This document shows positions 18,820-28,284 of a stretch of DNA of 32,889 nt, one piece after another; within the stretch, counting starts at the first letter, position 1, and every line of letters begins with the position of its first letter. The position numbers were made by a program, and so were the translations under genes. The stretch lies in sequence record SRR20825010_58; one strand, given 5' to 3'. The notes beneath the pieces were generated by a model. It saw only the letters and a list, made by a program, of their open reading frames with translations. It searched no databases and was not told the origin of the DNA.

Positions 18820-19986
18820 ATGAAAAGAACCAATGAAACACTTCTATCCCGGTCGGCATTATGCCTTCTGCCATTACTCGCTGTGCAATCAGCCAACGCT
18901 GAAATCGTACTATATGACGATGACGGCACCAGCTTCAGCACCGACGGATATATTAATGCTTTCTATGTAAACAACGACGTAGATCGTGCTGGCGATCAAT
19001 TCGATCGCCGACAATCCAGAGTCAAAATGGGCTTCCTGCCAAACTATATTGGCTTCAACATGAAGCGGGAAACAGGAAATCTTACTTTGGGCGCCAGATC
19101 ATCATTCTGGGTCACTATCAATGACAGTGAAAGCGCTGCCACCGGCACGGCTATTGATGTACGCCAATTCTATGGAACCATCGGCGGCAGCTTCGGTGAG
19201 GTACTTATTGGTAAAGACTTCGGCCTTTTCGCTCGTTCCAATATCCTTCGTGACGAGCTACTTACGGGATTTGGCCATTCTAGCGACATGGTTGGCCTCG
19301 TTGATGGGGGGGGCGTCTCCTTCGGCAATATCGGCACCGGCTACCCCTACGCATTCCCTAGCTCACAAATTACCTGGCGAAGCCCGGAAATGGGGGGGTT
19401 AAACATTGCCGTAGGTATTCTGGATCCATACGATACCAATGAAGTTGGTGCGCCAGGAAAGGCATACCAGGACACACCGAGAGTGGAAAGCGAAATTAGC
19501 TACCAGGCAGATATTAGCGGAATCGATATTTACACCTGGGTAAATGGCGCGTATCAAAACTCAGAAAATACCGACAGCTCCGTTGCTGATATTACATCAG
19601 AAGGCGTAGGTTACGGTGTTCAACTTAAAGTTGCTGATCTTACCCTCACCGCCTCCGGTTTCGATGCCACCGGCATTCACCCTTTGTTCACCAACAATGC
19701 TGGGCAAGCCCCTCTTCAGGAAGTTGATAGCAATGGTTATCTTATTCAAGCTGGCTACCAAATCGGCAAGGCGCGCATTGCTGGAACTTATGGTCGTACT
19801 GAGGACGATGGAGTTACAGGTGGCAGCGCAATCGATTATGATAACAAAGGTCTTATCCTAAGTTACGCAGCCAATGACTATTTTAACCTGGTGGCCAACT
19901 TTAGCCGTGTTGAACTGGATGATGAAACAATAGGTGAAATAGAAACGACGGACACTCTTGCACTGGGTGCCACTGTCGCCTGGTGA
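18820..19986 (+). CDS. Outer-membrane porin of the type found in exa/ped clusters
   Basis: Signal peptide ending ANA|EIV; amphipathic beta pattern; FGEVLIGKDFG; C-terminal aromatic W. Confidence 0.8.
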   Translation: MKRTNETLLSRSALCLLPLLAVQSANAEIVLYDDDGTSFSTDGYINAFYVNNDVDRAGDQFDRRQSRVKMGFLPNYIGFNMKRETGNLTLGARSSFWVTINDSESAATGTAIDVRQFYGTIGGSFGEVLIGKDFGLFARSNILRDELLTGFGHSSDMVGLVDGGGVSFGNIGTGYPYAFPSSQITWRSPEMGGLNIAVGILDPYDTNEVGAPGKAYQDTPRVESEISYQADISGIDIYTWVNGAYQNSENTDSSVADITSEGVGYGVQLKVADLTLTASGFDATGIHPLFTNNAGQAPLQEVDSNGYLIQAGYQIGKARIAGTYGRTEDDGVTGGSAIDYDNKGLILSYAANDYFNLVANFSRVELDDETIGEIETTDTLALGATVAW

Positions 19987-20004
19987 CCAGTCACCTCAGG
20001 TGGC

Positions 20005-20040
20005 ATAAAGGATGAGTCGTAACGACGGCTCATCCTTTAT
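20005..20040. terminator. Bidirectional terminator between porin and selO-like gene
   Basis: ATAAAGGATGAGTCGT-AACG-ACGGCTCATCCTTTAT long inverted repeat between convergent stops. Confidence 0.8.
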
Positions 20041-21477
20041 CTATTGCAGAAAATCGTGGTAAGGCAGTGTAATTCGCTTGCGCAACCGAGCCAGAGGCAT
20101 AAAATCCCCATCTTCGGCAGCCACAGTAACGCTGTAAATATCCCTATCCCTTAACACCGTAACCGGGTTGAAAGCAGCCATGAAACGATAACGCTCCAAG
20201 TGAGTGCAACACTCATTTTCAAGACGTTTTCGATAAGCACTTAACCATTCACATAGATCTTTGTCGCTACCATCAATACCAAGTTGATCCGCCAAACGTC
20301 GGTCACTGGATTGATCATTCTTCCACTCCATCAAATAACGGAATGACAAAGTATAGTCTGCACCATTGCGATGCAGGATATTCAACCACTTCCCAATCAA
20401 TTCTGAGTCTGCATCTCTTGACATCATCAACCCCAAACGGGAGCGCATACCACATAACATCGCATTTTCAATTTGATCATCAAAGTTTTCCAATGTGGCG
20501 TTTAATTGCTCTTCGCTCAATAACAGCCGTAATGCCCTGGCAAGCACTTCAAGACCGAACTTCATCGATTCTGACTGAGAAGAGAACAGAGATGAATTGT
20601 CACCAGAATAATGGCCATTTTTCATAGACGACGGGAAAGACTCAATAAAAGCTCCCGATCCGTGGTCCAGAGTTATTCCTATAACAGAAATATCATCCGT
20701 ATTCATCGCACCATGAACAAACCCCCAAACCTGCCATGCGGCCACAAGATGCGCAGCCCGCTGCACAGAATGCTTAAAAAACTTATCTGCATCCATTTTG
20801 CCACTCTCACCATAACAACCACCAAGATGAGCAATCAGCGCATTCATGGCTGAAGCGTTCCCCCGCTCGGAAAGCCACTCAAAATGACCAATCCGTACAT
20901 GTGATGGTGAAAGACGGAGAATAGTTGCCGATTGCTCTATTTCGCCACGAACAATCTTTCTTTTATGCTTACAGATACTTAATGGCAAACTTGTAGGTAT
21001 TCCTATTCCATAGAGAGCATGACCTACAAGATACTCTTTGATCGCACTACGCAGCCCCATATACCCATCCTCTCTAAGAGAATACGGCGTTCTACCTCCG
21101 CCTTTTAAATACATATCCATACGACCTAAAGGCGTAGCAACCTCACCTAAAAGCAATGCCCCTCCATCACCGATGCGATCATTAAAAATACCATGACGGT
21201 GTCCTGCATACTTTTGAGCCACCGGGGACATACCAGGCAGAAGACAACTACCTGCATGTAGATTTTTCAGTGTTGAAACACCTTCAACATGTGTCCGGAT
21301 ATGCTGAACATCGAGCTGCAACAGTCGTAACGCCATAGGTGATATATCAATCAATCTGTCCACAGGAGAGAATTCTGGTGCCTGTGCTGACCACAGTGTT
21401 GATGGCAGTAACTTCCACTCGTTCGCAATCGAAAGAACCGTCCACGGATTATCTTGCTTATTAGGAAGTTCAAGCAT
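20041..21477 (-). CDS. SelO/YdiU-family (pseudokinase AMPylase fold) protein, divergent active site
   Basis: AQKYAGH, IGDGGALLLGE, LKGGGRTPYS, HVRIGHFE, GFVHGAMNTDD, ITLDHG, ADYTLSFR and NPVTVLR align to SelO blocks; ATG 21477 with GAAGGG RBS; intact 478-aa frame. Confidence 0.85.
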   Translation of the reverse strand: MLELPNKQDNPWTVLSIANEWKLLPSTLWSAQAPEFSPVDRLIDISPMALRLLQLDVQHIRTHVEGVSTLKNLHAGSCLLPGMSPVAQKYAGHRHGIFNDRIGDGGALLLGEVATPLGRMDMYLKGGGRTPYSLREDGYMGLRSAIKEYLVGHALYGIGIPTSLPLSICKHKRKIVRGEIEQSATILRLSPSHVRIGHFEWLSERGNASAMNALIAHLGGCYGESGKMDADKFFKHSVQRAAHLVAAWQVWGFVHGAMNTDDISVIGITLDHGSGAFIESFPSSMKNGHYSGDNSSLFSSQSESMKFGLEVLARALRLLLSEEQLNATLENFDDQIENAMLCGMRSRLGLMMSRDADSELIGKWLNILHRNGADYTLSFRYLMEWKNDQSSDRRLADQLGIDGSDKDLCEWLSAYRKRLENECCTHLERYRFMAAFNPVTVLRDRDIYSVTVAAEDGDFMPLARLRKRITLPYHDFLQ

Positions 21478-21497
21478 CTTTCCCTTCTCGCAACAAT

Positions 21498-21520
21498 AAA
21501 AAAGCCGCCCGTAGGGCGGC
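21498..21520 (-). terminator. Rho-independent terminator after exaC
   Basis: Minus strand GCCGCCC-TAC-GGGCGGC-TTTTTT. Confidence 0.8.
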
Positions 21521-21555
21521 AAAAGACGTCAAGTTAGACGACCAGGAGATAGTAC

Positions 21556-23076
21556 TCAGAAAAAGCCAAGGGGATTGGTATCGTAACTAACCAGCAAGTT
21601 CTTTGTTTGCTGATAGTGATCAAGAATCATCTTGTGAGTCTCACGACCAATACCTGACTTCTTATATCCGCCAAAAGCGGCATGCGCAGGATAAGCGTGA
21701 TAACAGTTAGTCCAGACTCGTCCTGCCTGAATGCCACGCCCCATTCTGAAAGCAACGTTCATATCTCGACTCCATACGCCAGCCCCAAGGCCGAATTCGG
21801 TGTCATTGGCGATTTGCAATGCTTCTGCTTCGTCCTTGAATGTAGTCACCCCCACAACGGGACCGAAAATTTCTTCCTGGAAGACCCGCATTTTATTGTG
21901 GCCTTTAAGCAGGGTAGGTTGAATATAAAACCCATTGCCATACTCACCTTCGAGAGATTCACTGCTTCCACCGGCAAGTACGGTCGCGCCTTCTTCTTTA
22001 GCAATACTCATGTAAGACATAATCTTGTCATACTGCTCACGAGACGCCTGAGCCCCCACCTGTGTTTCGGTATCAAGTGGATTTCCACGCTTGATGGTCT
22101 TTATCCTTTTAAGAACGCGATCAATAAAATCATCGTACATATTCTCTTGAACCAATGCGCGAGAAGGGCATGTGCACACTTCACCTTGATTAAAGTAGGC
22201 TAAAACCAGACCCTCTACAGCTTTATCAATAAACGAAGCTTCCGCATTCATAATGTCTGAGAAGTAAATGTTTGGAGATTTACCACCCAGCTCTACCGTA
22301 GAGGGAATAATATTTTCTGCTGCACATTTAAGAATATGTGATCCCACAGGGGTTGAACCAGTAAAAGCAATTTTTGCAATACGCTTACTGGAGGCAAGCG
22401 CCTGGCCTGCCTCTTTACCGTATCCATTCACAACGTTAAGAACACCGGCAGGTAGCAGGTCACCAATACACTCCATCACCTTAAGGATAGAAACCGGGGT
22501 TTGTTCGGCGGGCTTTAACACAATGCAGTTACCGGCCGCCAGAGCCGGAGCGATCTTCCATGTCGCCATCAGAATAGGAAAATTCCAGGGAATGATTTGC
22601 CCAACAACGCCTAGGGGCTCATGAAAATGGTACGCTACCGTATTGGCGTCAATTTCCGCAGCAGTTCCTTCTTGAGCACGAATACAGCCTGCAAAGTAGC
22701 GAAAATGATCAACAGCCAAAGGCAAATCAGCATTCAGGGTTTCCCTTACAGCCTTACCATTATCCCAGGTTTCGGCTACCGCAAGAGATTCAAGATTCTG
22801 CTCGAGGCGGTCTGCTATTTTCAACAGTATGTTACTGCGCTCAGTCACTGAGGTTTTACCCCACTCATCTGAAATCCGATGAGCCGCATCCAGTGCCAAA
22901 TCAACATCCTCTGCACTTGACCTGGCTACCTGACAGAAAACGTTACCGTTTACTGGGCTAACGTTGTCAAAATATTGCCCTTTTACCGGTGCAACCCACT
23001 CACCTCCAATGTAGTTTTCATAACGTTCTTTAAATGAAACCACTGAACCTTCGCTACCAGGATTCGCATAAATCAT
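21556..23076 (-). CDS. exaC: NAD+-dependent acetaldehyde dehydrogenase (ExaC/PedI/AldB family)
   Basis: 506 aa; MIYANPG start, [25 protein letters not shown] and terminal LLVSY...LGFF signature. Confidence 0.93.
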   Translation of the reverse strand: MIYANPGSEGSVVSFKERYENYIGGEWVAPVKGQYFDNVSPVNGNVFCQVARSSAEDVDLALDAAHRISDEWGKTSVTERSNILLKIADRLEQNLESLAVAETWDNGKAVRETLNADLPLAVDHFRYFAGCIRAQEGTAAEIDANTVAYHFHEPLGVVGQIIPWNFPILMATWKIAPALAAGNCIVLKPAEQTPVSILKVMECIGDLLPAGVLNVVNGYGKEAGQALASSKRIAKIAFTGSTPVGSHILKCAAENIIPSTVELGGKSPNIYFSDIMNAEASFIDKAVEGLVLAYFNQGEVCTCPSRALVQENMYDDFIDRVLKRIKTIKRGNPLDTETQVGAQASREQYDKIMSYMSIAKEEGATVLAGGSSESLEGEYGNGFYIQPTLLKGHNKMRVFQEEIFGPVVGVTTFKDEAEALQIANDTEFGLGAGVWSRDMNVAFRMGRGIQAGRVWTNCYHAYPAHAAFGGYKKSGIGRETHKMILDHYQQTKNLLVSYDTNPLGFF

Positions 23077-23166
23077 TACCTGATTCCTCTTCTAATTGCT
23101 TGACGTCCGCGCTTTGATAAGTAGCGCCTGCACAATCAGAATAGGATGGAGTGGACCACATACGCA

Positions 23167-23182
23167 TGCTACCAAGGGAGTA
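23167..23182 (-). promoter_or_regulatory. 16-bp box upstream of exaC
   Basis: Minus strand TACTCCCTTGGTAGCA, 23 bp before TATTCT (23138-23143). Confidence 0.62.
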
Positions 23183-23202
23183 ATTCTTCTCCTCATTTGG
23201 TC

Positions 23203-24159
23203 TTATCGGTTAGCACTCTCCCACCAATCGTCTTCATATTTTCGGTAAAAGTGACTGATGGTGCGGGTTAACTCGAATTTAGCGAGCGACATACCCGCAA
23301 ACTGACCAGGAATTTCGGCATCAATAAGCGTATTAGCAGAATAGCCTTTCATGACCCCTTCTTTCATGAGAGCGTCCAGCCACAAAAGCCATTCACGCGT
23401 TTGGACCAAGGGAGAATAATCACGGGCAAAAGGGCCGTGCCCGGGGATAATCGCTTTAACCTCAATTTCAGACAACCGATCCAGTTCTTCCAACCAGATA
23501 TCGATTCCTGGAGAATGAGGTGTGGTTGGCGCTCGGTTCCAGAACAATATATCGCCCGCGAAAAGGGTACCGCTCTGAGGATCGTAAACGACAAGATCAT
23601 TGCCGCTATGCCCAGTAAATTTCATTAGCTTGAGCGAATATCCGGAAAAAAGTTTCACTCCCGGCTCAACATTGACATTCGGCATAGAGACTACCGTTTC
23701 AGCCGCTGTATCCCCAACACGCTCTTTAACGGTTTTGAGAAAGAAGTCACCATCTCGGTTTAACGCATTCTTCGTTCCGGAAAGCGCCATTATAGGCACC
23801 CCTGAGAATGCACTATTACCAAAGGTATGATCAGGATGGTGATGCGTGTTGATTACCCAGCGAACAGGTTCATCCGTGTACTCTTTAATAGTTTCCCTTA
23901 GCTGACGCCCATATGTTTCTGTTGTCCCGGTATCGATCACCACGACGCCATTTCCCGTGGCGATAAAAGAACTATTGCTTATATTTCCCTTGTTCTCTTC
24001 ATCTAGCTCCGCTGGTTCACCCTGAGCCATCCAAACATTACTTGCCACCTGGTGAACATTAAGGCTTCCTCCATGCACTGGGGCTACACAGGTAAAAAGT
24101 AAAGAAGCAGAAAATTGAAGCAGGCATTGATCAGATTTCTGATTCCAGAACATTGGCAT
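23203..24159 (-). CDS. SoxH-like metallo-beta-lactamase-fold hydrolase (quinoprotein-associated)
   Basis: VVIDTG, NTHHHPDHTFGN, GHSGND, FAGD and IPGHG motifs; probable signal peptide; start could be ATG 24153; overlaps the SoxYZ-like gene end. Confidence 0.85.
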   Translation of the reverse strand: MPMFWNQKSDQCLLQFSASLLFTCVAPVHGGSLNVHQVASNVWMAQGEPAELDEENKGNISNSSFIATGNGVVVIDTGTTETYGRQLRETIKEYTDEPVRWVINTHHHPDHTFGNSAFSGVPIMALSGTKNALNRDGDFFLKTVKERVGDTAAETVVSMPNVNVEPGVKLFSGYSLKLMKFTGHSGNDLVVYDPQSGTLFAGDILFWNRAPTTPHSPGIDIWLEELDRLSEIEVKAIIPGHGPFARDYSPLVQTREWLLWLDALMKEGVMKGYSANTLIDAEIPGQFAGMSLAKFELTRTISHFYRKYEDDWWESANR

Positions 24160-24901
24160 TGTTGTCCCTTGCTCTCAGCTTGTAAGTAGTTCCTTTATCA
24201 CCTTTCATTTCAATTGTCAGAACCGGGTTTTCGCTGATAGAGGCATGCCACTTCATATCAGCAACGGATTCTCCCCCACTGTTGATCGTAAGCTCCTCGA
24301 TATAGAAAGGAATCTCACTGGGTAACAAACCACTTTCCATTGGATGCATAATCAGAAAACGAAGACGGCTGCCATTATCAGCAGGGAACCTACGGGCTCT
24401 AACCTGACCAAAGTCTTTCGACCAATTCTTGCCGGAGTTAGCGATGCCCGGTGTTGAGCATCCTCCCCCTGCGCCATCTATAAAGGTACTGCCAACATAC
24501 CAGGCGCCCTGACTTAACACTGCCACTCTAACAGGGGATCCCTGCTCAAGCCGGATATTCAGCCCTACCTTTGCCAGGCCATGCGTACCCGGGCTGTATT
24601 CGAACACCATAGGTATGGGGTTAAGCTCGACCCACAGTAGCATCTTGTCGAATTGATCATTTAAATGGCTGGCATCGATTTCTACTGGCACCTGCCCCGA
24701 ATCCTCAGCAAATTCAGGCGCCGTTATCCTTACTCTCGAATCAAAATGTACTGGTGCGTCTGACAAAAAACGATTCCTGTATAGATCCCACATGAATGAA
24801 TCAAGTGGATCCTTGGCGTTGTCAGCATTATTTTCCTGTGCTGATCCTATATTGATTAACAGCAGGAATAGTAATCCGGGAAATACCATTACAGACCGCA
24901 C
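24131..24901 (-). CDS. Quinoprotein dehydrogenase-associated SoxYZ-like fusion carrier
   Basis: Signal peptide; APEFAEDSGQVPV, ELNPIP and GGGCS (SoxY arm), followed by LIMHPMESG and SISENP (SoxZ). Confidence 0.87.
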   Translation of the reverse strand: MRSVMVFPGLLFLLLINIGSAQENNADNAKDPLDSFMWDLYRNRFLSDAPVHFDSRVRITAPEFAEDSGQVPVEIDASHLNDQFDKMLLWVELNPIPMVFEYSPGTHGLAKVGLNIRLEQGSPVRVAVLSQGAWYVGSTFIDGAGGGCSTPGIANSGKNWSKDFGQVRARRFPADNGSRLRFLIMHPMESGLLPSEIPFYIEELTINSGGESVADMKWHASISENPVLTIEMKGDKGTTYKLRARDNNANVLESEI

Positions 24902-24903
24902 GG

Positions 24904-25344
24904 TTATTGCCCCACCGTTTCCATACTGACGGTTTCAAGCCAGGTCCGGATGGCCCATAAGGCTTCTTGACTAATAAAATCTGCCATTTTAGGCATTAAC
25001 ACTCTGCCATCACGCACAGCTCCATTTACGACCCGCTCTTTGTACCATTCATCACCATAATCACCGTTTTCCAGTTCTCTCAGATCCGGAGCTATACCGC
25101 CTGATTTGGCTTCCAGGCCATGACAAGCTGCACAGTTCTGGTTATAGGCGGAGCTGCCAATATCCACGGCCAATTCATGCTGCGGATGATCCTCACGATA
25201 GGGATTGGTATCACGCCACTCCTTACCCAGCTCTTCCAATCCTCGAAGATCTACCCCTTGTGGCGTCACATTGCCATGGCCATATGCAACCAGCGAACAA
25301 CCCAACAAGGCTACACTTCCCGCTATGCGCATTAATACATTCAT
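24904..25344 (-). CDS. pedF: Cytochrome c550 (PedF/ExaB)
   Basis: Signal peptide then HGNVTPQ; CAACH heme motif; GGIAPDLR; axial Met in LMPKM; divergent from the quinoprotein ADH. Confidence 0.93.
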   Translation of the reverse strand: MNVLMRIAGSVALLGCSLVAYGHGNVTPQGVDLRGLEELGKEWRDTNPYREDHPQHELAVDIGSSAYNQNCAACHGLEAKSGGIAPDLRELENGDYGDEWYKERVVNGAVRDGRVLMPKMADFISQEALWAIRTWLETVSMETVGQ

Positions 25345-25409
25345 ACTTCACTCCAACCAATGAATTCTATTATGGGAATTAATCTAGCAGTCAGCCGACA
25401 AGATCAGCA

Positions 25410-25462
25410 CTAGCCCTTCGCACCATCATGCGTAGTCCCTTAGTCGTAGACCCAAATGGTTA
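25410..25462. promoter_or_regulatory. Cluster of three 16-bp boxes in the divergent pedF/exaA promoter
   Basis: CTAGCCCTTCGCACCA (25410-25425; 23 bp from minus-strand TAGATT), TAGTCCCTTAGTCGTA (25433-25448) and TAGACCCAAATGGTTA (25447-25462; 22 bp from TATCTT). Confidence 0.6.
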
Positions 25463-25626
25463 GATCATTTACTTCCACTGACGGTATCTTGCAGCCCCTG
25501 ATCTCTGCCTGAATGGATACACCGCGTTGCTGGGGATTCTCAAACTGGCACGCCGTAATTTCCCATGCACTGATCCCATTACCGCCAGTGCGATCAGATA
25601 TTAAAACCAGAGCAGAGGCTTGCGTT

Positions 25627-27510
25627 ATGAGGAAAACAAACTACAACCCACCGTATCGCGGGAAGCTTTCCCGTATGATCGGTGTAATATCCATGTCTAC
25701 TATGCTGACCGCATGTAGCAGCGGCACGGTTATTGCCGAAGAAGGGGTCACCTGGAACGATATCGCCAATGACCATAAAACCACTGAAGATGTGCTTATG
25801 TATGGCATGGGCACCAGCGCCCAGCGATACAGCACGCTAGAAGGGATCAATAGCGAAAACGTTTCCATGCTTACCCCTGCGTGGTCTTACTCATTCGGGG
25901 ATGAGAAACAACGCGGTCAGGAATCCCAGGCCCTGGTTCATGAAGGTGTAATCTACGTTACTGGTTCCTACTCCCGTATTTTTGCTGTTGATGCCAAAAC
26001 AGGGAAACGCATTTGGACTTATTCGCACCGTCTACCCGATGATATTCGTCCTTGCTGCGATGTTGTAAACCGCGGTGCAGCTATCTACGGCGACAATATT
26101 TTCTTCGGCACACTTGATGCCAGCGTAGTGGCACTGAACAAAGACACCGGCAAGGTAGTTTGGCGTAAAAAATTCGGCGACCACAAAGTGGGCTACACAA
26201 TGACTGGCGCGCCGACCATTGTTAAAGATCAAAAAACAGGCAAAGTCCTGTTGATTCATGGCTCTTCCGGTGATGAATTCGGTGTTGTTGGCAAACTGTT
26301 CGCCCGTGACCCTGCAACAGGTGAAGAAGTTTGGATGCGTCCTTTCGTAGAGGGTCACATTGGTCGTCTTAACGGAGAAGACAGCACCCCCAGTGGGGAC
26401 CCTAGAGCACCCAGCTGGCCGGATGACCCGAACACTGAAACGGGTAAAGTAAAAGCTTGGAGCCAGGGGGGCGGGGCTCCGTGGCAAAGCGCCACCTTTG
26501 ACGCAGCGACCAACACCATCATTATTGGCGCAGGTAACCCTGCACCGTGGAATGGCTGGGCTCGCACAGCACCCGATGGCGACCCTGCCGACTACGACAG
26601 CCTTTACACCTCTGGACAAGTCGGAGTTGATCCAACCACCGGTGAAATCAAGTGGTTCTATCAACATACACCCAACGATACCTGGGATTTTTCAGGTAAT
26701 AATGAAATCGTCCTCTTTGACTACAAAGACAAGAAGGGCAAGAGCCATAAAGCCGGTGCACACGCTGACCGAAATGGCTTCTTCTATGTAACGGACCGCA
26801 CTAACGGCAAACTTCTCAATGCTTTCCCATTCGTGGATGGCATTACCTGGGCTGAAGGTATTGATCTGGATACCGGGCGCCCCATTGAAGTCGAAGGCCA
26901 ACGACCATCCCGCCTTAAAGACGGTGAGACTCGCTCACCGGCAGTTGAAGTCTCCCCGCCTTTCCTCGGCGGCAAGAACTGGAACCCCATGGCGTATAGC
27001 CAGGATACCGGCCTGTTCTACGTTCCCGCCAACCACTGGAAAGAAGATTACTGGACCGAGGAGGTTGAGTATCAACCTGGTTCAGCCTATCTGGGCATGG
27101 GTTTCCGCATCAAACGGTTGTTCGATGACCACGTAGGCATCCTCCGTGCCATGGACCCTGCTACCGGCAAAGTTGCCTGGGAACACAAAGAGCCGATGCC
27201 ACTTTGGGCCGGTGTACTCGCAACCAAAGGTAACCTGGTCTTCACTGGTACAGGTGACGGTTACTTCAAGGCCTTTGACGCTAAAACGGGTGAAGAACTG
27301 TGGAAATTTCAGGTTGGTACCGGGATTATTTCCCCGCCGATTACATGGGAAATGGATGGTGAGCAATACATTGGTGTCACAGCCGGGTATGGCGGTGCAG
27401 TGCCTCTCTGGGGCGGTGACATGGCTGAGCTAACCAAGCCTATCTCCCAAGGTGGTTCTTTCTGGGTATTTAAACTCCCCAAATTCGCCAAGGACCTGGC
27501 CAGCAAGTAA
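25627..27510 (+). CDS. exaA: PQQ-dependent alcohol dehydrogenase, Ca2+-type (ExaA/PedE)
   Basis: [16 protein letters not shown] vicinal cysteines, [24 protein letters not shown] and W-docking repeats; ATG 25627 with AGAGG upstream. Confidence 0.95.
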   Translation: MRKTNYNPPYRGKLSRMIGVISMSTMLTACSSGTVIAEEGVTWNDIANDHKTTEDVLMYGMGTSAQRYSTLEGINSENVSMLTPAWSYSFGDEKQRGQESQALVHEGVIYVTGSYSRIFAVDAKTGKRIWTYSHRLPDDIRPCCDVVNRGAAIYGDNIFFGTLDASVVALNKDTGKVVWRKKFGDHKVGYTMTGAPTIVKDQKTGKVLLIHGSSGDEFGVVGKLFARDPATGEEVWMRPFVEGHIGRLNGEDSTPSGDPRAPSWPDDPNTETGKVKAWSQGGGAPWQSATFDAATNTIIIGAGNPAPWNGWARTAPDGDPADYDSLYTSGQVGVDPTTGEIKWFYQHTPNDTWDFSGNNEIVLFDYKDKKGKSHKAGAHADRNGFFYVTDRTNGKLLNAFPFVDGITWAEGIDLDTGRPIEVEGQRPSRLKDGETRSPAVEVSPPFLGGKNWNPMAYSQDTGLFYVPANHWKEDYWTEEVEYQPGSAYLGMGFRIKRLFDDHVGILRAMDPATGKVAWEHKEPMPLWAGVLATKGNLVFTGTGDGYFKAFDAKTGEELWKFQVGTGIISPPITWEMDGEQYIGVTAGYGGAVPLWGGDMAELTKPISQGGSFWVFKLPKFAKDLASK

Positions 27511-27516
27511 CAGGAA

Positions 27517-27546
27517 CGTCAGCCCGCATTGCGGGCTGACGCTTTT
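27517..27546 (+). terminator. Hairpin/terminator between exaA and pentapeptide gene
   Basis: CGTCAGCCCGC-ATT-GCGGGCTGACG-CTTTT. Confidence 0.7.
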
Positions 27547-27559
27547 CCAGGAGAATATA

Positions 27560-28246
27560 ATGAAACTTATAACGCTATCTCGAGCAATAACTTTAATCAC
27601 TTTCCTGGCTCTGAATGGCGGCGTTCATGCTGACGACTTTAGCGCGGACATTCCCAGCCATAATGGTTGCCAACTTAAGCCAGCCACAGACTGCGCAGGT
27701 GCAAACCTAAAAGGTGCAGACCTTAGCGGCCTGGACCTGACGGGAGCAAATTTTGCGGGCGCCAATCTTGAAGGCGCAGACCTGCGACACAGCAACCTCA
27801 AGGGAGTCAATCTAGAAAAAGCCAATCTTCGCAAGGCAAACATGAGCCGAGCACGCCTAATGAGCACCAACCTGCGCATGGCAGACCTTACCGGCGCGCG
27901 CTTGCTTGCCATTCAAAGCTGGAATCTATTTGCCCAAAAAGCCATTTTTGACAACGTGGATGCCACCGGTGCTAATCTGGAATTTGGCCGGCTGACTCGC
28001 TCTGAATGGAACAATGCTAATATGACGGGAGTGAACTTGGAGATGGCCTGGTTCAACAAGGCAAAGCTTAACGGCGCGAACCTTCAGGATGCTAATCTAC
28101 AAGAAGTAAAACTCAACCTATCGAGCTTACGTAACGCCAACCTGGAAGGCGCAAACCTGCGCTATGGAAACTTCCAGAGCATGGACATGCACGGTTGCAC
28201 CGCTTGCCCCTTTGATTGGGCTTATAAAGACGCAGCAGGGCCATAA
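27560..28246 (+). CDS. pedD: Secreted pentapeptide-repeat protein (PedD-like)
   Basis: CAGGAG RBS; signal peptide ending VHA; tandem A(N/D)LxG repeats; adjacent to exaA/pedE as in Pseudomonas ped clusters. Confidence 0.82.
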   Translation: MKLITLSRAITLITFLALNGGVHADDFSADIPSHNGCQLKPATDCAGANLKGADLSGLDLTGANFAGANLEGADLRHSNLKGVNLEKANLRKANMSRARLMSTNLRMADLTGARLLAIQSWNLFAQKAIFDNVDATGANLEFGRLTRSEWNNANMTGVNLEMAWFNKAKLNGANLQDANLQEVKLNLSSLRNANLEGANLRYGNFQSMDMHGCTACPFDWAYKDAAGP

Positions 28247-28259
28247 AGATCACACTTCA

Positions 28260-28284
28260 GCCCCCTCCTCTGCGAGGAGAGGGC
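28260..28284. terminator. Hairpin between convergent pedD and kinase genes
   Basis: GCCCCCTCCTC-TGC-GAGGAGAGGGC. Confidence 0.55.

Noticed and set aside
25290-25310. LLGC lipobox-like string in cytochrome c550 leader
   Set aside because: The family's mature start HGNVTPQ follows a normal SPase I-like site (AYG|H).
25513-25626. Extended 38-aa N-terminus of ExaA in the ORF track
   Set aside because: No RBS at 25513, and it would bury the signal peptide; ATG 25627 preferred. Similar upstream extensions were trimmed for acrR, acrA, the COG3687 gene, selO-like, pedD, erbR and the SDR.
27690-28170. 15-bp periodic repeats
   Set aside because: Coding pentapeptide repeats; not CRISPR or a non-coding tandem array.
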